Source: Amoebophrya sp. A120 (taxonomy: Eukaryota > Protista > Dinoflagellata). Taken from it: a stretch of DNA of 64,000 nt. The stretch spans positions 3,125,014-3,189,013 of the forward strand of contig CAJINV010000004.1 of NCBI GenBank assembly GCA_905178155.1, written 5' to 3'. The notes below the pieces were generated by a model that saw only the letters and a program-made list of their open reading frames with translations, did no database searches and was not told the DNA's origin. A program made the position numbers and the translations under genes. This document shows, piece after piece, positions 49,501-58,700 of the stretch (the first letter of the stretch is position 1; every line of letters begins with the position of its first letter).

Positions 49501-52500
49501 TGGGCTTAGAGCGTACACGTTTGCCATGCTAGGCGCCTACGTCAAAACCTCTCGACTGAGGCTTGACATATGCCTGCACTCCTCTACTGCAAGACAAATC
49601 TGATTTGTGTATGGAAATCGAGCATCAGAAACTTCGTTTCGATATGGGGAGGGGGGATTTTTCCTCACAATACGTACTGTTCTCGAGACAGTACGACTTC
49701 GTGCTTTCTATCAAATGTATAAAATGTCTGGGTCTGGAAGAATGCAAGGCTTGTCATGCTTGTCTGGCCTGACCCAAGATGCTTGTAATGCATGACCCAG
49801 CATCAGAGATTTTTTGAAGGCTTCCTGATGCCATTTACGCATGACAAATGCCCTCCTCGCGTAGCACAAATGTGGCTTCTCATCTTGCTGGTCATACAGT
49901 ACAGATTTTTTTAGACTCCAAAGTTAGCATCACAAGTTCCAACTTTCCAGACCCAGACACTTTTGCACTTGATACTTTCGCACGCCGTGCAATTCCTTCA
50001 CAAAGACCGGCTCCCTATACACAAAAAAAAAACACCATCTTCCCAGTGATCCTTAGTTTTTTGCATGACTAATGCTGAAGGAACTGTGACCTGACTGTGA
50101 GTGTAAGTGCATGTTTTGCATGACAAATTGGATCATGAGCGTGGTTGTTTTCTTGTGGATCATACTTCCGAAGCAAGTCGTACGAAATCTGGCACATAAA
50201 CACCTCGTCGTTCAGTTTCAGCACACTGTCGGCGACACGCTGTTGCGCTCCTGCAGAAGAGCCTCGTCCAGGAACTACATCAAGCAAGTTCCCGCTCGGG
50301 CCCAGCTCCCGCCAGAAAGTCGAGGGCAATTCGGAAACCAGCTTCCAGCCATTTTTGTGGTTCAGGTTATCGTCCCCTTGTTCCCCGCCGCGATTTGCGA
50401 TCCCGATTGTTCCGGTTCCCCCAGCAAGAACACCAGCACCAGCGCCTTCTGGGCCTGCTCCGCGTGATTCTCCATCACTAGGAGCAGCTGCAGCTGCGAC
50501 GACGGTCGATTTTTGCACGTGAAACCGGCGCAACAGGTAGGCGTCTACCAAGTCATTCTCCAGTTTGCTGAAGAAACCTTCCAGGGAGAAGCATCCCCGT
50601 AGTGGTCCTTGGGAACAACCGTGCAACGAAGCTTGTAGGGCGCCCGCGAGCGACTTGGTGAGCACCCGCTCGAGCAGCCGTCGGTTTGCCGCCCGTAGCA
50701 GTCCAGCGATGCTCTTAACAGTTTCTTCTCGGTGCTGTTTTTCCTCTTCTGACTCGACCTCTTCGCCAGGAGTAGTAGTAGATGGGTCTATCCTAGTGGC
50801 GTGCTGCAACAGTTGGTTGAAATACTCCTCGGCTTCCTGCCGCGTCGGCGCAACGCTGTTGAGGAACGGCCGTCGGTCCTTGCGAGCCGCGCGCAGTTTC
50901 TCGACGTCCTGCAGCGGCGAAAACCGCGCGTCCCCGAAAGACATCACCCAAAAATCACCGCGCGGCCCCTTGGTTCCTGGCGGTGTTGTCGGCAGGTCGA
51001 GTACGATCGAGCGGCGGGAAGAAGTAGATTCTTCTTGTCCACTCACGTGAGCACCTACATCAACTTCTCGAAAGAAGGGCGGGATCGTATTTTCCGTCTC
51101 GACGTTGTCAATGAGAAACCTCAGTTGCGGTAGAAAAAGGGTTAACCATTTGTGCTCCAGGATTGATAGACAAGAGTTCGTGCTAGTTGTGTTATTCTCC
51201 TCGACGCCCCCTGCTGTTTCTTGTCGTGCTTCATCGCCTGCAGCTGCTGGAGGTCGGGTGGTCCTGCCCTCTTCGTGGTGGTCTCCTAGTACAACTTGAT
51301 GCATAGTTGTAGAGCCGTAATTATCCGATGGCAGTGACGACTGTCCACCACCGTCTGCAGCTGGTCGGGTGACCAGGATCAAGGGCTGTGTCGCACCGTC
51401 AACATCTGGTCCCCCCACGGCAGTGACAGCAAGGGCGTCGGCATCATTGCGGGGGTCGTATCTTTGCGGAACTTTCTTCCCGACCGGTCCCTTCAGCGGA
51501 TCCTCGCCCCCCCGGACGACGAGTCGTGCTCCGCACGCGGCTATCAAATGCAAAAATGTCTGGGTCTGGAAAGTTGTGATGCAAGTTAGTGAATAGTAGG
51601 TACACTGTAAAAATGCGCCGCCAAGCATGACAGATTTTTCCGTGGCTTTGTGTTGCGTCTTGCGCATGAGAAACAGGGTTTTTGCATGACAGATCAGAGG
51701 ACCTCATGCTGACCACGCAATACAGAGCTCAGTGCCATGCCAGACTAGCATGACAAATCTCGCACTCTTCCAGACCCAGACATATTTGCAATCCATAGCG
51801 GCGAGCTCTTGCTGGCACCCCTTCCACGTTCCTCGCGCAACGCCTTTGACGCCGCAACAGATATCCTGTGCAAAAGTATCGTACTCGTAGTGATTGCAAA
51901 TATGCATGACAAATCTCTTTCCTAAGGTAAAATAGCATTACAAATTTCATTTGTAGTGCTGAGCTAATTTGTCATGCGATTTATACTAGTACGATACTTT
52001 TGCAATGCATAACAGAGTCCCTGAGAAAATGCCTCGCAGGGGAACATCGCAAACCCAGCGCAACCCCCGGCAACTAGCCCTTTGCAGCACCCCTTGGCGC
52101 ACGTCTGAAAGTTGTCAGCACTACAAAACCTGAAGTCGGGGTCTGCTTTAGCATCGAGCTCACCCATACTGGTGCGTACTGAGTGCATCGTTTCGCGAAA
52201 CTCGTCGTCCGCGGCCTTTTCGTCATCTTTGAACCGGCTCCTCGCACCGTTTTCAACCTCTTTCAGCCGCGCACCGGTTATGCTGAGCAAAAACGTCGTC
52301 CCCACGACCCCATGCCTGCTGTCAAGAGCATGCGAATTCCCATGTCTAGGGCTAGGATGTTTCTAAACAAGCGCTGCCGCAGGAGAAGCCTTTCGTAGTG
52401 ATGTCTTAGTAGAATTTGTCAATCTAATCAGCAGGATAAAATGGCCAATTTGTGACACGGCTGGCATAACCAAGTGGTAAATTTGTGCCAAAACCGGCAC

Positions 52501-53350
52501 AGCCGATAGTACAACGCGTCCAAATTTGTCATGCGGTGTCCGCAAAGCTTCTGGATTTGTCTAGCAGATTTCCTATCTTGAGTCTGTCTGGGGTGGAGAT
52601 AGGGGGGGAGTTTTTACGCAGGATACCTGTGCCGGTGCAAGTGCCGCCGTCCGAACAGAGGAAGCCTGGACGGATTGTCGAAACCGGAACGGAAGAATAT
52701 GCATTGCAAATATCCAAGATCTGGGTCGTCCTCTCGAGGCTTGTGATGTTCTCTTTTTATTTTTCTAATCATGATAAGCTTAAGCTCACTGTCATGTTGC
52801 CTGGTCGCGCATGATAAGTTTGTTTTATTCGCCTTCTTTTGGGCGATTTATTTATGTGTCCTTGCAATAAAGAAATGGGCACGAGCACAATGTCCGTGTT
52901 TCCATGATAGACCACCAGCTGATCCGGAAGGGCTTCTCGTGGTTCTAATTCCTGACCGATGGTGCAGGACCAAAGGAATGTTGATCCTTAGCGGCAACAT
53001 AGCAAGCACGCTCACGTACGAAAAAATTGTGTACTAACATCTTCTACTTTCAGAACGAGTAGACCCAGATGATGTATATCACAATTTGCAGTTGATAATG
53101 CAGAGGATGTGACGAGTGCGCAGGCCTCCGCGAAAGCGGCTGCGGTCTTACAGCAAGGATCAGGTCGTGGCGCAGCCCCATTGTTTTCAGCATGAGCGAT
53201 CGGGGCGTACCGGGGCGGTCTAGAAGTTGTAGATGATGTTGATGATGCAGCAGCGGTCACCGTCACATCACAAAGTATTTGCCCAAGAACCAGCCCTCCG
53301 GCGAGAACCATAGCTGGTCCTCGTCTAGAAAGCACACGACCAGGAAACAT
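43582..53350 (-). CDS. Large multi-exon protein: hydrophobic N-terminus, U-box-like domain, Cys-rich C-terminal region (may be more than one gene)
   Basis: After element removal: EVFMCQISYDLLR(E/K)PVFV...YYYEEAHLRRWVDDNRTHPHTRNPIRNPGSQIVPATGLQKIID, which fits the U-box pattern. Junctions near 48146-48410 and 45090-45200 are unresolved. Confidence 0.6.
44816..45081. mobile_element. TIR introner, family C (right tip degenerate)
   Basis: TATGGCATTCTCAAACG...GTTGAGAATGTACCGTTTGAGAATAATTA; TSD TTCTA/TTCCA. Confidence 0.8.
45963..46292. mobile_element. Degenerate family C-like introner
   Basis: Right end CGTTTCTTGAGAAAGCCATA; left TIR eroded; direct repeat TCAAA/TCAAG; removal joins two long ORFs as HRLDKVMRQQL. 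Confidence 0.6.
47417..47670. mobile_element. TIR introner, family A
   Basis: TSD TGGTC; join ESRFDQIWE. Confidence 0.92.
47724..47939. mobile_element. TIR introner, family D
   Basis: TATAACAGTGCACAACTCCCCCTCCCCCTCATTTGT / ACAAATGAGGGGGAGGGGGAGTTGTGCACTTTCATA; TSD AGCTG; join SLAQLPQD. Confidence 0.92.
48827..49145. mobile_element. TIR introner, family F
   Basis: TATGGAAGCGTCAGGTTTGAAATCGTTAAAGTTG...CAACTTTGTCGATTTCAATCCTGACACATCCATA; TSD GGGAG. Confidence 0.92.
49352..49672. mobile_element. TIR introner, family G
   Basis: TATTGCAAGGAAAAATCCCCCTCCCCATATTGAAAC...GTTTCGATATGGGGAGGGGGGATTTTTCCTCACAATA; TSD CGCAC/CGTAC. Confidence 0.9.
49709..49974. mobile_element. TIR introner, family A
   Basis: TSD CTTTC; join HGVRKHEV. 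Confidence 0.92.
50016..50164. mobile_element. TIR introner, family E (diverged)
   Basis: TATACACAAAAAAAAAACACCAT...GTGGTTGTTTTCTTGTGGATCATA; TSD CTCCC/CTTCC; splits the U-box motif. Confidence 0.8.
51542..51797. mobile_element. TIR introner, family A
   Basis: TSD GCGGC; join ELAACGAR. Confidence 0.92.
51862..52011. mobile_element. TIR introner, family B
   Basis: TSD ACAGA; join QGLCCGVK. Confidence 0.92.
52279..52625. mobile_element. TIR introner, family I-like (diverged)
   Basis: TATGCTGAGCAAAAACGTC...GAGTTTTTACGCAGGATA; TSD CCGGT/CCTGT; join CTGTGARLKE. Confidence 0.8.
52698..52869. mobile_element. Degenerate introner with weak TIR
   Basis: TATGCATTGCAAA...CTTGCAATA; TSD AAGAA/AAGAA; join VPISSVPV. 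Confidence 0.65.
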
Positions 53351-55708
53351 AATGATGTAGTTCCAGCTGATTGTGATGTCAAATGAAATCATGAACGAGA
53401 TTTTTGTTAATATAACTTAACTGTTTCTGGCAATGTCAGCCAAAAAAATGGAACCAACGAACCTTCGTCGTCTGTAGCAGGGTTCTTGATTTTCTTCTAG
53501 AAAAAACTAGAAGTAGAACTACTTACCTGGATAAGTAATGAAAAAATACAAGACTGACAGAGTTCTTCTTCTTGTCAGTGGATTCGACGGTGATTGAAGC
53601 AAACTTCGATATGCAATCAAAAGAAGTGAAATACAGTTTACGAGGTCCAAAGAAACTACTTAGGACTTATTCTTACTGATGATCACTACAGCCGCACTCA
53701 AAAAAAGTGAGTGTCTTTGCTTTTTTTGATGGTGGGAGAACGATGGATAAGCATAGGTCTTCCTCTTCCTCGTTCGAACGAAGACCAACTACTTACAGAT
53801 ACCGTTTCATATGAATCTACGAGTCCAAAATTATGATCTCCTCAGAAGTTCATCTAACTTTGATCCTGCAACCGGATCTCCAGGATGACGGAAGATTTGA
53901 TACAGAACGCGGAAAGATCTACATTCGCTCATCTCCAAGATGAAGAACCTTCTTCCTTCATTTTGTTGATTTATCAAAGTAGAACGATTCACGCCGCGCT
54001 CGTTCCTGAAGCAGCACGATCACAAGTTTCAGCTTCACCTCCATGAACAAATGCGGCTTCGATGATCCAAGAACAAGCCTGTGCCTTGTTCGGGGGGGGG
54101 GGCGGATCAGAACCTGTAAAAGCGCGTGAAGTACTTATTTTTGAACTTGACCGACGATTTCGACGATACTAGTGCTAGTGATTATACCACGCTTCTTGAT
54201 CATGACACTTATTCGCTCGCATTTATTTTTGCATGTCGGCACATAGAAGAAGAGGCACTGTGTACTTTCTGTCCTGCACCAACCATCTTGAATGGAACCA
54301 GAAACTGCTCGCATCGCACGAAAGAAACGAGTACAACTTTCCTTCCGCCAGGGAAACGACTTGTATATCAGTTTCAGTCATCTGAAATCTGATAAACTTG
54401 AATTTCACGCAGACACCTACATCGCCAGCTGCTCTTAAAAACCGACGGAATGTTTCTTCTGCATCACGAGTCAACGATAGAGACAAAGATAGAACACAAG
54501 CCGCATCAATGTTCTACCTGCTTCTTGCTTGTCCTTTCGTTCCGTTTACCTCTTTCGCTTTGTGCCGCTGCACCCTATGTACAAGAATTTCATGTGTATG
54601 AATACTCTCCCATCCATTCGATCATTTCCGTGGGCAATATGCTTACCGTTTAATATCCATGCTGTGTTAGTCTTAGTGTGTAGCTTCCATCCATCACAGT
54701 GTTCTCACAAGAAGATTCACAATCAGTAGCACAAATGTCAGGAAGATGCATCCGTATTCGACCAATGCTCGCGAATGCGACTTCTATCTAGTCCCCCTTG
54801 TGTACACACACACACACATGCCATGCTGGCGCGCTCTAAGTATACTAAGCTTCAGGATCGCCCTGTCGCTGTCATAACGAGGCCCAGCATGATCATCACA
54901 TGTAAATGTAAAACCAATCGAGTCACATATAATGGCTGTGTCTTTGTGAGCTCAGAGGCACTTGCCATGTCGCGGAGGTAGTGACAAAAATAACGTCTGA
55001 CTAGGTCATCGGAAAACTAAGTTTTAATCAACGCGTCACGTTGCTGGACGAAAGCGCAACGCCGATTAGGGCTGCTTGTTATTCGTTTTTATTTCCCCAG
55101 AAGACGAAATCCAAACATCTTGTTCGGGGCTTTCCGTGACAGTCTTTTGGTCGTAGTCTCTTTTTATATTCGTTTTCCTTTAAGCAGCTTAAGCATCATG
55201 ACTATGCTCTACCCCACGAGGACCCCTGCGAGGAAATACACCAGAGAAAGTAGATCTATGAGAATGTGCAAGTGAAACTGTAAATCTAAACCTGAAACCA
55301 TAAGTAACCGCTAGTGAGAAAAATAAAAGTAAATAAAATCAAATCGTGATAGTGAAAAATTTACATATAGAACGAGGGATTGTCCTGATCGCTAATTGTT
55401 GTGAAGACAAGAATAAGAATTGATGAGAAGCGTCGCGCTTCTTTTTGCACAGAAAACTGCGTTTTGCTGTGCTGCATGAGAAGTAAAAATAGACTCAAAC
55501 TGAAACTGTTTCGACCACTTCGAGAAGTGGCAGTAGTATGATCGGACATTGAAACTTCTTTTCCTGGTCGTTCATGTATATTGAAAATTGAAAACTTAAC
55601 AAGCTGACATATCTATCGCAAAAAGACACAGAGAAACTAAAATTATACAACAACAGAACTCCCTGCTCCGCGTCCGCTCCGCTACACTTCTGCCAATACC
55701 CACGCTTC

Positions 55709-58700
55709 CTAGAACTCCGCGTCCCAGCCGTTGCCGGGATCTTGGTACGGTAGCACGGGGGGACTCTGGTCCTCGGGACCGCCGTTGCCGCCAAAGTGGT
55801 ACAAGGGGTCGCTTGTCTTCATGCGGGGCTTGAACGGCGGCTTCAGGGTGCGCTTCTCCAGCAAGGCCCACTTCTCGAACTCGTAAAAGACTTGGCGGTA
55901 CAGATTCTCTTTCACGCCGCCGGGCCGCATCGGTAGCCGATGGGACGGATCGACCTTGCACACCTGACGATAAAATGAAGCAAGTACGTAAAAATTTTGC
56001 GCTGGTTATTTCATACTCGCATGCTCGAGGAGAATCAAGCTGAAGGCGAAGGAGGAGCGTCTCCTTGTTTATTACAGCATTACACGCATGCAAAGCATGA
56101 TGATCGTGAAGTAGAAGACCAAAGAAACGCAAACCTCAACAAATGTAGTGAAAGTGTCTGTTTGGCAATAAGATAACGACATTGATCATGGTGTCGATCC
56201 GCTTCTGCTCTTCAGGAGACAATGCCGTGGCAAAAACCAGAGCCATGATTTTCAGTACCTCTTTGATGAGCTCCACGGCTGGTTTCGCCATCTGTTTTAT
56301 CAACTGTAAAAGTGTCTGGGTCTGGAACATTCTGCCACTTGTCATGCACGTTTTGCATGGGCCCTGATGTCTGTGATGCACGCCCTAGCATCACAGATTT
56401 TTTCAGAGCTTCTTGATGCCTATTCCGCATGACAAATGCCCTCTCCGCGTAGCAAAAATTACATTCCTTGCGGTACTCATGCAATACAGATTTTTCTGGA
56501 ATCCTGATGCAGCATGACAAGTTGCATTCTTCCAGACCCAGACATATTTACATTTGATATGCTTGGGGAAGCTGACCTTCTCCACGCCGCCCAAAATTTT
56601 GCGGTACCTGTAGGTGTTGTTTTTCCGGAAATAGCGCAAAGGAATACAAGAACAAAGTCAACAGATACCAACCGCGTTTTGCATGTAATTTCTTCGCTTT
56701 GGTTTGCCCCCGGCAACACGGCCACGCATCTTCACCATCGCGCGCGCGCCGCCTCCCCTCGTAAACCACCCTCAATCCCGCCACCAAATAACCCACAGCC
56801 GCAATGTGTGGCGCCATGGCCGCACCGGTAGCCGGACTGGTGGCGCCCGAGAGAAATACCGGGATTGCTGTTCTACGCCTGGCGCCGTAGGTACAGCGGC
56901 CCCGGGCGGGGCGGCCTCATAAGCACCGGCGGCGGCGCCACCACAATGTTCAAAATAAGCGCACAGACACGGGCGCCACAGATGCTTGCATGCCCGCCGC
57001 CCGGGCGACATGCAGACAGGCTGCGCTGGTTCATAGACAGACGGAGGCCTACTGGCAGGCGGGGCGGGCGAGGGGGAGAGGCAACGCGGAACAGGCGGAA
57101 CCCACAAAACCCGAAGAAACAAAATCGAGGGAACCAAGGCGGCCCACTTCCCATGGTTACTGCCCCCACCCCTTTGCCTTTCTCCTTGTTGTAGGTTAGT
57201 TTCACCACCCGGCCCTGGCCTCGTTGGTGAATCAATACCCCGCAAGCATGCAGGCACAAAGGCACACGCCGGCGGGCCGACCGGCGAACACGTTGGCCGG
57301 CGTCGGGCCAGCCACAAGGTCGCAGCGGCGCCCGCTCTGGCTCCAGGCGGCCAAATCGGGCGGACGAGCAACCTTCGCTTTCTTCTGCGCGATCCCCGAG
57401 CGGCAAACGCCCAGGCGGGCCGCGGGCAAATTGGCGGGCCCCTCGCCACCCAGGGCGCTTGCTATGCGCGGAACAGGAGGGCCGGCCGCCAAACTGCCGC
57501 TGCTCCGTCCCTGGGCCATCCCTCGGCCCAGGGCGCACAAGGGTGGGACGCCCGCTAACAGGCTTGTAGTGCACGGATACACGGCAAGCAACCCACCCAA
57601 AGAAAAGGCCACCACGGCCGCAGGCCATCGGGCGACGCAAAGACGGGCCAGGCCACTGGGGGCCCCAGAGCCCAAGCTGGCTACCCCGCAAGCATAGACA
57701 TGGTGGCACTTTCGGCCACAACTCGAAGCGCACACACTAGGGCGGGCCATCCGCCACAAGGCCACGCGCGGAACAAGCGGGCCGGCCGCCGCGCCTGCAG
57801 GCTGTGCCCGTCGACGGAGCAGTCGACCGGGCCACTGCCGCCCAATGCACCACCCGCGGAACAGGCGACCCAGTCGCGCCATCTGTTTGGGGAAACTGAC
57901 CTTCTCCACACCGCCCAAAATTTTACGGTACCGCAGCTGGGGGTCCTGGCCGTCGAAGGGCGTTCTGCCGACGAGCAGTTCGTAGACGAGGATCCCGAAG
58001 CACCACCAGTCCACCGCGTTGGTGTGCCCGGACGACTGGATAATTTCCGGCGCGAAGTAGTCCGGGGTGCCGCAGGTCGTGTAGGTGCGACCAATGACAA
58101 ACTTCGCGAGGCCCATGTCGGTGAGTTTGCAGTACCCGTTCTGATCCAGAAGCATGTTTTCCGGCTTCAGGTCGCGGTAGATAATTTTCCGCTCGTGCAG
58201 GTGCTCGAAAGCCTTCACCACGCAGGCAGAGTAAAATATGGGAGTGTCAGGACTGAAATCGACAAAGTTGAAATAACTTGCAATGCATAAAATCGATACC
58301 AGTTGGAAGCCCAATTTTCAAGCGTTGCATGACAAATTTCGGGGCCGTCTAAATCCAGTTTGTCATGCTGTTTAGGGACAGAAGGCTTCTTTTGTCATGC
58401 TACACTAGCAGCTCTGCCGTAGACCCCAAGCAGGCTGACAGTCGGCCTCACTTGCCGCCCCTGCAAGAGAGGCGCTTCATGCCTTGCAACTTATGCATGA
58501 GAAATTATTTCAACTTTGACGATTTCAATCCTGACGCATCCATATAAAATTTCGCGTGCGGCACGGACCCATGGAAGTTTCTCCGGGAATATTGCGCGAA
58601 CACCTGATAGGGTTTTTTTAATGGCAGATCTCTATATATTCTAGACCCTCTCCCTCGATAAAGACAAAGGTCCTGCTGTTTGAATGTTGAGCCATCTTCT

